DNA from: an uncultured Methanosarcinales archaeon | Lineage (GTDB): Archaea; Nanobdellota; Nanobdellia; Woesearchaeales; CAYVYK01 | NCBI GenBank assembly: GCA_964455675.1 | Contig: CAYVYK010000002.1 | Location: forward strand, 7,791-71,790 | Length of the DNA stretch: 64,000 nucleotides | Direction: 5' to 3' | Shown here: piece by piece, positions 29,082-37,903 of the stretch | Layout of the letters: the number at the start of each line of letters is the position of its first letter | Position numbering within the stretch: the stretch's first letter is position 1 | Program-made: the position numbers and the translations under genes | Notes under the pieces: generated by a model | Seen by the model: only the letters and a program-made list of their open reading frames with translations | What the model was told of the DNA's origin: nothing | Databases searched by the model: none

Positions 29082-29416
29082 AACAAGTTATTCTCGTTCG
29101 GATGGATTTGAAGATGAGCAAGGGAAAAACTGCAACCCAGGTAGCCCATGCCAGTGTTGATGCTGTTCTGCAGACTGATAAGAAGACTGTTCAATCCTGG
29201 CAGAATGATGGCGCAAAAAAAGTGGTGCTCAAAGTTGATGGACTTGCCGCGTTGAAGCAGTACCTTGAGAAAGCAAAAAAGGGAGGTGTGGTGTGCGCAT
29301 TGATTTCAGACGCTGGAAGAACGCATCTTGAACCGGGAACCACCACATGCCTTGCTATCGGCCCCGACGATGAGGATAAGCTCGACACAATAACTGGTGA
29401 CCTCAAGCTGTTGTAA
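29078..29416 (+). CDS. pth2: Peptidyl-tRNA hydrolase Pth2
   Basis: KQVILVRMDLKMSKGK..QVAHA, DAGRT, TCLAIGP, TGDLKLL. Confidence 0.96.
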   Translation: MKQVILVRMDLKMSKGKTATQVAHASVDAVLQTDKKTVQSWQNDGAKKVVLKVDGLAALKQYLEKAKKGGVVCALISDAGRTHLEPGTTTCLAIGPDDEDKLDTITGDLKLL

Positions 29417-29523
29417 GTGTTATTCTCTGATGGATCCATGTTTTGAAGATCGAGCGCTATTGACCATAAATTTATATAGGTATACATTATAGGCAACTCT
29501 TATACCATTTAAGAGGTGATTGA

Positions 29524-31062
29524 ATGGGCGGTTTCAAGAATATTGTCAGCGTTATCGTTTTCTGTCTGTTGTGCGCATCGTCAGTGAGCGCAGCTGTGTA
29601 TCAAGGACAAAGAATGGTTGCCACGGGGAGAGCGGTCTTCAATCCGATGCAAGTTGTTCCTGCGGAACAGATCCCAGCAACTCAGGGTGAAGTTGTCTAT
29701 GCGGATGATACGATGGTGCCACTGATTAATGCGAACGCATGTTCAAAAGACTCTCAGTGTGAGACGAATAGCGTCAAGGTCGGTAATCCGGGAACGACTC
29801 CCTCATATGGGGATATATCAACTTCCGGAATAATCAAGACTTACGGAGGCCTTTCGGTTCTCGGCGGATATCTGAACCTTCCGCAAAACAGTGTGCAGGA
29901 GGAGGATATCATGTTCACAACCTACTGCGGCCCCGAGGATTCTCTCTACATTATGGGGGGTGATCTTCAATGCGGTCCTGGCGGAGGACAGGGGTGCCAG
30001 TGCCTTTACTGGCTGGATGCTGACCTTGGTGTAAAACAAGCGATCGACAATGGTGACACCATCACAATAAGTGGGGGTCCGGGCATCGTAACAAATGTGT
30101 ATACTCCAGAAAATATAAGTGTCAGCATTCTGCCGGATGGAATAAAGACCTATATGGTTGAGGATGAACAGATTACCTCAGAAAAAATTCATTGGAATAC
30201 TATCAGATCGGAGGATATTGAAGACCAAGCAATAAATAGCCCGAAAATCAGATCCAACGCAGTCACTTCTGATAAAGTCGTTGATGGAACGATAAGCCCA
30301 GCAGATGTTGGATTCAATTATGCAGGCAGCTCTTCAAAGGGAGGTCCTGCAACATCAGCCTACTCAGTTCCATGGACGGGAATAACAGGAATGCCTGCCG
30401 GATTTGCCGATGGTATTGATGATGTAGGATCAGGAGGCTCGTTCTACTTCACACTTGATGGTGACCTTGGACCGATGGAAACCGTTTACAATGGTGACAC
30501 CTTGGGTGTAAGGGGTGGGGAGGGTATCATTACAGAAGTCCTCACACCGGACAATGTAAGCATATCCATTATTCCAGGAGGAATCGACAACAACCTTCTA
30601 GGACAGAATGCAGTGACCTCAAACAAGATCGCCGACGGTACCATAACATACTCAGACATAAACACCGCATCAGTCCAGCGACGCGTTACAGGATCCTGCC
30701 CTTCAGGTTCAAGCATCCGCATCATTAACCCAGACGGAACCGTCGCATGTGAAACAGACGATTCAGGTTCCGGTGGAGGTGTGGTTGCTGGTGATGGCCT
30801 TTCAGGAAGTGGAACAGCTATGGATCCACTAGTTGTTAATGCCGGAAGTGGTATTTACGTGGACGGAGCGGGTGTGAGTGCTACCCTTGGAACCGCCATC
30901 AGCAGTTCGGAAATTATGGACGGAACAGTGGCAACCCAGGATATCATGAATGGCGCCGTAACCCAAACGAAGTTGAACCTCGGTCTATCGGGCTCAGGAA
31001 ACGCCTACGTCTGTGTGAACAGCGCAGGTCAGTTGTATAGAAGCCAAACTCCCTGCGTGTAG
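29524..31062 (+). CDS. Exported fibre/adhesin-like repeat protein
   Basis: Signal peptide; 10-aa repeats (NAVTSDKVVD, GTISPADV, NAVTSNKIAD, GTITYSDI, GAVTQTKL); duplicated LDxDLG...NGDT...GGxGI module. Confidence 0.75.
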   Translation: MGGFKNIVSVIVFCLLCASSVSAAVYQGQRMVATGRAVFNPMQVVPAEQIPATQGEVVYADDTMVPLINANACSKDSQCETNSVKVGNPGTTPSYGDISTSGIIKTYGGLSVLGGYLNLPQNSVQEEDIMFTTYCGPEDSLYIMGGDLQCGPGGGQGCQCLYWLDADLGVKQAIDNGDTITISGGPGIVTNVYTPENISVSILPDGIKTYMVEDEQITSEKIHWNTIRSEDIEDQAINSPKIRSNAVTSDKVVDGTISPADVGFNYAGSSSKGGPATSAYSVPWTGITGMPAGFADGIDDVGSGGSFYFTLDGDLGPMETVYNGDTLGVRGGEGIITEVLTPDNVSISIIPGGIDNNLLGQNAVTSNKIADGTITYSDINTASVQRRVTGSCPSGSSIRIINPDGTVACETDDSGSGGGVVAGDGLSGSGTAMDPLVVNAGSGIYVDGAGVSATLGTAISSSEIMDGTVATQDIMNGAVTQTKLNLGLSGSGNAYVCVNSAGQLYRSQTPCV

Positions 31063-31087
31063 CGGGGTTTTTTCCTCTTTTTTCTTT
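31050..31087 (+). terminator. Hairpin plus T-tract terminator
   Basis: CCCTGC-GTGTA-GCGGGG followed by TTTTTCCTCTTTTTT at the stop of 29524-31062. Confidence 0.55.
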
Positions 31088-31141
31088 AATATTTTTCTTC
31101 TCAGAAACATTTTTAAAGGATGTGCGAAAGCTTTCTCTCGT

Positions 31142-31215
31142 GGGCACTTAGCTCAGCCTGGCAGAGCGGACGGCTCTTAACCGTCAGGTCGGGGGTTCGA
31201 ATCCCCTAGTGCCCG
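31142..31215 (+). tRNA. tRNA-Lys (anticodon CTT), no intron, CCA not encoded
   Basis: Acceptor GGGCACT/AGTGCCC, D-arm GCTC/GAGC, anticodon arm GACGG-CT-CTT-AA-CCGTC, T-loop GTTCGAATC; TTTTAAAG TATA upstream. Confidence 0.97.
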
Positions 31216-31640
31216 TAGCGAAGGGTACTAGGCTACGAACGACAGTGAGTTTGCCTAGTGCCCGTTATTTCAGCAGTAGCTGTTCTGACCATTGTCTCCT
31301 GAGCCCGCAAGGGCGCAATAATTTTTATAATATCGGGGAATACTGGATACCGCCTTCTAGATATCGTGATGGTTCCCCAGCCCCTTGTGGACGAATGAGT
31401 ACGTCGGCAAACTTTGTTAGTGTGATTCCATTGAGGATGCTGCATCGTACAAAGTGATAAAAGATTTTGCTCGAGCAAATCTACTGCGTGAAGGACGTTA
31501 TTGCCACCTTGACCCGCAAGGATTCAATAATAATTCTCGGTGTACAGTGTAGTAGAACTTTCTATCACCCGAGAACACTGGTATGATGAATAAAGAGGTT
31601 CTTTCTTCCCAAAACCGCAAGGGCGCAGTAACTATCCTAT
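31216..31640 (+). ncRNA. Candidate structured non-coding RNA or array downstream of tRNA-Lys
   Basis: Succession of hairpins, a duplicated tRNA 3' end and three CCGCAAGG GNRA-loop motifs; no convincing ORF. Confidence 0.4.
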
Positions 31641-31691
31641 TTATGTAAATGGATTTTTCTAAGAAAATGGGGAGTATCCAACGATGAGTTG

Positions 31692-32033
31692 CTAAGACAT
31701 CTCCTTATGGGGGATATACTCAAGAACGAACGATTCCTCTTCATCCTCAACATGCCGAGTTATGCGGAATTTCACTTTATCACGATTTGAACTGAAAGGC
31801 TTGAGGTGTTTCTTGAGCTGTTCTTTAAGTGAGTAGTCCCACACGCTCCATATCTTGTCAACAGCCTGGCCATTCTCAGAACTGACTGCTGTGCAAAACA
31901 AGCTATCATTGTCAGGATTTTTTTTGAAATTCCAATCTGAGATTTCGAGTTCGTATACCTGATCCGGGAGGAAATGCATGTATGCGTCCCAGTTACTCTT
32001 CTTTCGCTGCTTCTGGTACTTCCATGTCACCAT
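31692..32033 (-). CDS. Hypothetical protein (113 aa), possibly OB-fold-like
   Basis: Own TATA (TTTTAAAG); beta-rich, basic N-terminus, acidic C-terminus. The fold is a guess. Confidence 0.6.
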   Translation of the reverse strand: MVTWKYQKQRKKSNWDAYMHFLPDQVYELEISDWNFKKNPDNDSLFCTAVSSENGQAVDKIWSVWDYSLKEQLKKHLKPFSSNRDKVKFRITRHVEDEEESFVLEYIPHKEMS

Positions 32034-32069
32034 ATCTACACCATTAGTGGGTGCGCTTTAAAAGGTTTA

Positions 32070-33077
32070 CTACCGTGAAAGTCTGGCGATGAGCTCGTCC
32101 GCATCGGTGTAGATTCGCGTGCCAACCGGAAGTGCTCTCCAGTTGCGAACCTGCTCACCGGTCATGTGACCTTTGGGAGTGATGTAGAGAGTGTTTGCGT
32201 CGTCGTATTTCGCGCCCACCAACTGATACGCAGTCTGACCTCTGCCTAGGACGTATTCATGATGAGCAGGTTCATCTCCTGAAGCCAGAAAATTGTACTT
32301 GATGTTCGACCCGGCTTTGAGCGTAATTGTTCGTCCGTCCGCAAGTTTGAGAGTTCCATTTTTTTGAGGGACTGCCGTTTCAGGGACAATCCTTCCAGCT
32401 GCAACATCAGGGTCTTCGTCAGCCCAGTGGACTCCTAGCTTCTGCATGTCAACCGAGTTGGCACATTTTTTCCCTCGTTGCCTGAGTATTGCAGTTCCAT
32501 TTTTTAATTTTACCCGTTGTTCGTACACGCGTACTTGGCTGTGTTTAAGCACATGATCGTCATCCACTTGGTATCTTGTTTTGAGCTCTCCGATGAGCCA
32601 TGCTCCGCTAGCGTATTGTTCAGGCGTCAATTCCTTTGCATACGTCCCTTCAAATTCTATTCCAAGAGATCTACTATTCAGATATTCCTGCCCGTTCCAA
32701 ACGCTTGGTCCTGCGTGCTCTGCTCGTTCACGTTCTGGTACGATGGAGTAGATGGTTCCGTCTTTTCTGACAAGGTATTGAGCAGAATGATTATTTCGTA
32801 GCGTTTCAAGCGCGCCCGAGAAACCGCCTTCAGTAGTATGAATGATGATGTATTCTGTCGTCTTTCGTACCTTGCCGGGATTCTCCGCAACTTGGTGCGA
32901 TCGAACGATGTCAGTAAGCGGTGCGATAGCGTTGAGTGGCTGTGCTCGAAGTGGGGATGCGCTCCGCATGCTGTGTGATACAACATAGGTGACTCCCGCA
33001 GTCCCAAGAACCGCTGCAAGTATCCCGACTCCAATTTTAGATTTCCATAGACTGTTATGGAGAGGTTCTGACATCAC
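32070..33077 (-). CDS. N-acetylmuramoyl-L-alanine amidase (Amidase_2 / AmiD-AmpD-like) with N-terminal anchor
   Basis: YIIIHTTEG (Zn His), SAQYLVRKDG, AEHAG, NSRSLGIEFEG (Glu), LKHSQV (Zn His), RGKKC (third ligand). Confidence 0.9.
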   Translation of the reverse strand: MMSEPLHNSLWKSKIGVGILAAVLGTAGVTYVVSHSMRSASPLRAQPLNAIAPLTDIVRSHQVAENPGKVRKTTEYIIIHTTEGGFSGALETLRNNHSAQYLVRKDGTIYSIVPERERAEHAGPSVWNGQEYLNSRSLGIEFEGTYAKELTPEQYASGAWLIGELKTRYQVDDDHVLKHSQVRVYEQRVKLKNGTAILRQRGKKCANSVDMQKLGVHWADEDPDVAAGRIVPETAVPQKNGTLKLADGRTITLKAGSNIKYNFLASGDEPAHHEYVLGRGQTAYQLVGAKYDDANTLYITPKGHMTGEQVRNWRALPVGTRIYTDADELIARLSR

Positions 33078-33264
33078 TCGAGAAGTAAACTACTCATATT
33101 TAAAGGTATCTAATATTAACTATTAATAAGTGGTAACAATATCACAATATGCTTAGGGAAAATACATGAATGAGAACCACAGTATAAAAGAGGATGGAAT
33201 TAACATAACCTCTTCTGAGTAACAGCACAATATTAATAAGGAAAACTACTGAAAAACCTTTGAA

Positions 33265-34536
33265 ATGGCGGAAGAGGTAGGGAAGGCAGATCAGTCATCA
33301 GTACAGAAGAAACCTGAAGATAAAAAAAACCCAGATGACGAGCTGGATCTTCTGTCTGCCCCAAGAAAACAGCTTCTCCTTCTTATTACAAAGAGCCTCG
33401 AAGCAGGAAAGAACGAGAAAGCCATCCAAAGTGATCTCATAAAGGCTGGCTGGTCCAAGACCATGGTCAAGGAACTGATGGACGAGGCACAGAATAGTGG
33501 TCAAGTCGCAAAAGCTGGTTACTTTAAACGTAAGGAGGGCGAAGCGCCCGTGCCTATTCTCAAGGATGCTCCAATCATTCGTTTCGAGGAGGTATCAAAG
33601 GCATTTGATGAGAATATTGTGCTGAACAAGATTAACCTTGAAATTAAGGCTGGAGAAATTTTTGGGATCATCGGTCTATCTGGGAGTGGCAAGAGCACGA
33701 TGCTCAACCTCATCATCGGATTTTATTATGCTGACGAGGGCAAAGTAATCTATCGCACACCGGGCAGCCCCGAGTATAAGAGTGTAGTGACTCACCCGGA
33801 TGAAGTGAAGAACCTCATCGGATTCTCGCCCCAGGATGCATCATTCTATTCAAACCTAACTGCGGAAGAGAATTTATTCTATTTTGGGAGTCTGTACGGC
33901 CTTTCATCACAGACACTGAGACAGAACGTGTATGCGCTACTCGATCTTGTCGAGCTCACGAGTTCGAGAAAGACACTCGCGAAGCATCTAAGTGGGGGAA
34001 TGCAACGTAGACTGAGTATCGCGTGCGCTCTCATACATGAGCCAAAGATATTGGTGCTCGACGAGCCGACCGCAGATCTTGACCCAGTTATCCGGCAGGA
34101 TATCTGGGAGGTTATTGAGAAAATCCACGAGAAGGGGACGACGGTTATTCTCACGTCGCATCTATTGTCTGAGCTTGAGACGTTGTGCGACCGCGTAGCA
34201 ATCATCCACAATGGAGGAATCTTAAGGCTCGGAACTCCCCTTGAGATCAAGAACCTCTACACTCACGCACAGGAAATCGTGATCGAAACCATGATGGGAG
34301 AGTACACGCCGATTATGGATCAGATCAAGAAAATGAGGCTACCAGTGAAGAAAATGGTTGTTGAGCATAATCGCCTGGTTATGATGAGTGATAGCGCCGA
34401 AGAAGTGCTGCATAAAGTGCTCAACATCCTCGAGAAACGCAGCGAGAGTGTTATTGATATCACCCTCAACAAACCCAGTTTGTCCGAAGTATTCAGCAAC
34501 CTTGTGAAGCACAAGAAGGACGAACCCGAGACTTGA
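33265..34536 (+). CDS. ABC exporter ATP-binding subunit with ~100-aa N-terminal extension
   Basis: GLSGSGKS, LSGGMQRR, LVLDEPT, TSH. Confidence 0.93.
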   Translation: MAEEVGKADQSSVQKKPEDKKNPDDELDLLSAPRKQLLLLITKSLEAGKNEKAIQSDLIKAGWSKTMVKELMDEAQNSGQVAKAGYFKRKEGEAPVPILKDAPIIRFEEVSKAFDENIVLNKINLEIKAGEIFGIIGLSGSGKSTMLNLIIGFYYADEGKVIYRTPGSPEYKSVVTHPDEVKNLIGFSPQDASFYSNLTAEENLFYFGSLYGLSSQTLRQNVYALLDLVELTSSRKTLAKHLSGGMQRRLSIACALIHEPKILVLDEPTADLDPVIRQDIWEVIEKIHEKGTTVILTSHLLSELETLCDRVAIIHNGGILRLGTPLEIKNLYTHAQEIVIETMMGEYTPIMDQIKKMRLPVKKMVVEHNRLVMMSDSAEEVLHKVLNILEKRSESVIDITLNKPSLSEVFSNLVKHKKDEPET

Positions 34537-34540
34537 AATC

Positions 34541-36310
34541 ATGAACCGTATTATCAGCATTATAAAGAAGAACTTGAAGCTTCTCGTCAGGGCGAAGAGC
34601 TCAGCGCTGATTGTAGTACTTGGGCCGCTGCTCCTGATTTTCCTTGTGGGGCTCGCATTTGATAACACACAAGCTTACCAGGTATCGATTGGAACGTATT
34701 CTGAAGGGTACAACGAGCTTTCCACATCGTTCATCGAGAACTTGAAGGAGAGCCAGTTCAGGGTTGAAGCTTTCCCGACGGAAGAATTGTGCATTGACGC
34801 GATAAAACAGGGAAAAGTACACACGTGCATGGTTTTCCCTCCAGGCCTACAGATCGGCAAAGAAGGCAGCAACCAGATAACGTTTCATATAGATTATTCC
34901 CGCATCAACCTGGTATGGTCAATCCTTGATACGGTATCAGGCCATGTGACTGAGAGATCATCACAAATATCGCTCAACCTTACTAATACGGTTCTAAATG
35001 CGCTCCTCCAGGTGAGAGATCGCGCGATCAAGACTAAGCCAATTCTTGTTGACTCAACAACGAAGAATTCCGATGTGCAGAAGAAAGTAAGCGATGTGAA
35101 GAAGGATCTTATTGCGCTTGATCTAAGCATGAATCCCGCAGAGTTCAAGCTCACGGAGATTCAGACTTGGGCCACCTCGTTTCAGCAGCAGGTCCAGACA
35201 TTGATTACGGGATCAGACAAGTACTTCGCAAACATCACGTCAAGGACAAATGATGTTATAGATTCAGTCGAAGACGCAAACCTGTCCACTTCCACGGAGA
35301 ATGCGATTATTGGCGATCTCGAGGAAATCTTGAACCTAACAAAGAAGGTAGACACTCTCGTAAGCGGTCAGACGTCGCTCTCTACGACAAAAATAACAGA
35401 GCTCAACACCCTGCTCGACCAGATCGAAGGAAAAGTGACGGAGACTAAGACGAAGATCGATGGCGTTGTTCAGTTCCGTGAGGGTGCAAACGCGAAGCTC
35501 TCCGAAGTGGATCAGTTGCTCACGAATAGCCTGAACAACATCGTTGTCATTCAGAAGAACATGAACTTTATTGAGAGCACCGTAGATTCTATTGAGTTTA
35601 AGGAAGCATCATCGATTGTTGCACCAATCACGACACAGATTAAACCAGTCATTACGGAAAAGACACACTTAAATTATCTTTTTCCAAGCCTTATCGTTCT
35701 TGTTATTATGTTTATCTGTATCCTACTTTCCGCGATTCTCGTCGAGATGGAAAAGAACAGCAAGGCGAATTTCAGAAGCTTCCTGACGCCAACACCAGAT
35801 ATAATTTTTGTCGTTGCGACGTATCTCACAACCATGATTCTCCTGGTCATTCAGCTGGCTATTATTCTTGGTACGACAGCGATCTTTTTCAAGGCGAGAG
35901 TGTTTGGCAATCTCTGGATTTCCGCCCTCGTCCTCCTGCTCATCGGAACGTTTTTCTCGCTCTTTGGCATGTTGATTGGATATGTTCTAAAGTCTGAGGA
36001 GACCGCAACCCTCGCAGCAATTTCGATAGGCACGATTTTCCTCTTGTTGTCAGGACTTGTTCTCCCGATGGAGAGCATGCCTCAATATATCCGCGATGTT
36101 GCTGAGTATAATCCCTATGTCATTGGGGAAGGTGTACTTAGGAAAGCTATGTTATTCAGCGCAAATATTGGGGATATGGACATCGCGATATATACTCTGC
36201 TTGGGTACTCTGCTGCAGTGTTCTATATCATCTATCTCCTACAGAAACTAAGCAAAAAGCGTTTGCTGAGCGGTATTTTCAAACTACCGCGTATGAGAAG
36301 GGCAAAATAG
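34541..36310 (+). CDS. ABC-2 permease with long extracellular coiled coil (YhgE/Pip-like architecture)
   Basis: N-terminal TM, ~300-aa heptad-rich region, five C-terminal TMs, LSGLVLPMESMP. Confidence 0.88.
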   Translation: MNRIISIIKKNLKLLVRAKSSALIVVLGPLLLIFLVGLAFDNTQAYQVSIGTYSEGYNELSTSFIENLKESQFRVEAFPTEELCIDAIKQGKVHTCMVFPPGLQIGKEGSNQITFHIDYSRINLVWSILDTVSGHVTERSSQISLNLTNTVLNALLQVRDRAIKTKPILVDSTTKNSDVQKKVSDVKKDLIALDLSMNPAEFKLTEIQTWATSFQQQVQTLITGSDKYFANITSRTNDVIDSVEDANLSTSTENAIIGDLEEILNLTKKVDTLVSGQTSLSTTKITELNTLLDQIEGKVTETKTKIDGVVQFREGANAKLSEVDQLLTNSLNNIVVIQKNMNFIESTVDSIEFKEASSIVAPITTQIKPVITEKTHLNYLFPSLIVLVIMFICILLSAILVEMEKNSKANFRSFLTPTPDIIFVVATYLTTMILLVIQLAIILGTTAIFFKARVFGNLWISALVLLLIGTFFSLFGMLIGYVLKSEETATLAAISIGTIFLLLSGLVLPMESMPQYIRDVAEYNPYVIGEGVLRKAMLFSANIGDMDIAIYTLLGYSAAVFYIIYLLQKLSKKRLLSGIFKLPRMRRAK

Positions 36311-36404
36311 CCAAAAGTTTGCTCATGAGTAACGAAGAGTATGCGAATGTCTACTGTTTTTTTAAAAATAAGAAGCAAGAAAAAAAAGTATTAAAAAAGA
36401 GGCA

Positions 36405-37178
36405 CTAGAGTTTGGAACGGAGTTCCTGCGACTTCTCGATGGCAAGGTCAACCATGGCGCTGATATCGTCCGTGGTAAGCGCACCATCTCCTCCCTTCTG
36501 CATAGAGCAGATGATACCATCTTCAGTGCAACCGACGGTTAATCGAGCATCATAGAGTTCTTCCTCATCGGACGCTGGATCAACGAGATACACTCCGCCG
36601 ACTTTTAGGACTGTTATCGACATGGGAACTCTGCTAAGTGGCAGACTCTTGTCGGTATGGTCCTTGTAGTCAACACTTCCGTCTTCTTTCAGCTTGGGGA
36701 ATTTGACGTTTCGTATGGCCGCAATTGTCGCGAGGGCCGCAGCATCAAATATGTTGCCCGCATCGTTGATTGTGCAAATGTCGACCATGACGGACCACAC
36801 TTTGCCACCCTGTTCAACACATAATGCCTTGTTGTCGATCGCCTTGCTCTCCCGTACAGCCCGGTCAACAACTCGTGCTATTTCAATAGCGTAAGAACCG
36901 GGGGGGCCTGGCTCAAACTCCGGGTTCGACATCGGAAGTAGCTCCGCTCCGATCATGAGGTTTCCTTCTTCTGGCGTGTCAGCATACGGTGTTTCGAGGC
37001 TCATCTTCACTCCAGCGATGACGTCAGTTTCTCCGATTCTGACTCGCGCGGATCCTTCTGCGTTGACGGAGACTCCATATTCGACGCTGATCGGCCGGTA
37101 TTCAGTGAGTTTTCGTCCATCGAAGTGGATTCCTGACCTCACGAACTTCACATAGTGTTTGTAGCGTTCGTCGTTCAT
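36405..37178 (-). CDS. rrp42: Exosome complex component Rrp42
   Basis: DGRKLTEYR, AEGSARVRIGET, ARVVDRAVRES, NDAGN, MQKGG. Confidence 0.96.
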   Translation of the reverse strand: MNDERYKHYVKFVRSGIHFDGRKLTEYRPISVEYGVSVNAEGSARVRIGETDVIAGVKMSLETPYADTPEEGNLMIGAELLPMSNPEFEPGPPGSYAIEIARVVDRAVRESKAIDNKALCVEQGGKVWSVMVDICTINDAGNIFDAAALATIAAIRNVKFPKLKEDGSVDYKDHTDKSLPLSRVPMSITVLKVGGVYLVDPASDEEELYDARLTVGCTEDGIICSMQKGGDGALTTDDISAMVDLAIEKSQELRSKL

Positions 37179-37903
37179 GCTCCCACCCCATAGCGTTTGC
37201 GAAGCGCATCTGCCTGCATTCTGTTGATATCTTTGAGAACATGCCGTGCTAATGTTAGCGCTTGCATGAGCTGTTCTTTAGTTGCTTGTCCATCCATCTG
37301 AAGCAGTGTTACTTCTCCTGTTGATGGAATCATAGCAACAGGAATGTCCGCGACAAATCCTCCTCCTTCGTATGCCTCCTCTGCATACTGCAAGTCTGCC
37401 GCGACTTGGCCGCCAACGACTCCGACTGCTACCGCCGCAACGAGATCCTTCATGGGGACTCCCGCGTCAGCAAGCGCAATTGATGCCGCAGTCAGTCCTG
37501 CGCATCTTGTTCCGGCGTCAGTTTGTGGCAGCTCAATAAAGATGTCAAAGAGAGCGTTTGGGAATTCTCGCAGATCCACGACTGGCATGAGCGCTCGCTC
37601 GATGACCATGGAGATTTCCTTGCTTCTTCTGTTTCCCCCTGGCCGCACGCGTTCTCCGCTTCCGGAGAATGGCATCATATTGTAGTGGACGCGGAGCTTT
37701 CCAGTTTCTGGATCCTGTACCGCTTTTTGGAACGGCGTTTTCGGACCATAGACCGCTGCATATGCTTCAGTCTTTCCGATCTTGAAGTATCCAGATCCAA
37801 GCGCTCGCGGGATGACTCCTGCTTTAGCTTCCATTGGCCTCAGTTCATCGAACCTTCGGCCGTCGAATCGTTCTTTATATGTCACTTCGTTCATCATGCT
37901 CAC
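37175..37903 (-). CDS. rrp41: Exosome complex exonuclease Rrp41
   Basis: RFDGRRFDELRP, AVYGP, YNMMPFS, RRSKEIS, DAGTRCA, LLQMDG. Confidence 0.96.
   Translation of the reverse strand: MSMMNEVTYKERFDGRRFDELRPMEAKAGVIPRALGSGYFKIGKTEAYAAVYGPKTPFQKAVQDPETGKLRVHYNMMPFSGSGERVRPGGNRRSKEISMVIERALMPVVDLREFPNALFDIFIELPQTDAGTRCAGLTAASIALADAGVPMKDLVAAVAVGVVGGQVAADLQYAEEAYEGGGFVADIPVAMIPSTGEVTLLQMDGQATKEQLMQALTLARHVLKDINRMQADALRKRYGVGA

Noticed and set aside
31296..31320. Resemblance of CTGAGCCCGCAAGGGCGCAA to SRP RNA helix 8
   Set aside because: It lacks the invariant CAGG/AGCA symmetric loop, and no Alu domain or long helix 5 is evident.
31209..31478. ORFs 31209-31457(+) and 31233-31478(-)
   Set aside because: Non-ATG starts, overlap with the tRNA or hairpins and no protein-like features. 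An internal AGGAG-ATG 19-aa peptide on the minus strand cannot be fully excluded.
31216..31690. RNase P RNA or CRISPR array as an explanation of the post-tRNA region
   Set aside because: No GAGGAAAGUCC-like P4 strand was seen on either strand. The repeats are only 9-13 nt with irregular 100-210 nt spacing, and there are no cas genes.
29524..33077. Intact provirus at tRNA-Lys (fibre, att-like repeat, amidase)
   Set aside because: There are no integrase, capsid, terminase or replication genes. The fibre gene is on the 5' side of the tRNA and has a cellular signal peptide.
37175..37903. Possible inactive Rrp41 (EEA instead of ED at the catalytic site)
   Set aside because: Alignment by eye gives a conservative D-to-E change, with the downstream Asp (VADIP) and the DAGTR phosphate loop retained.
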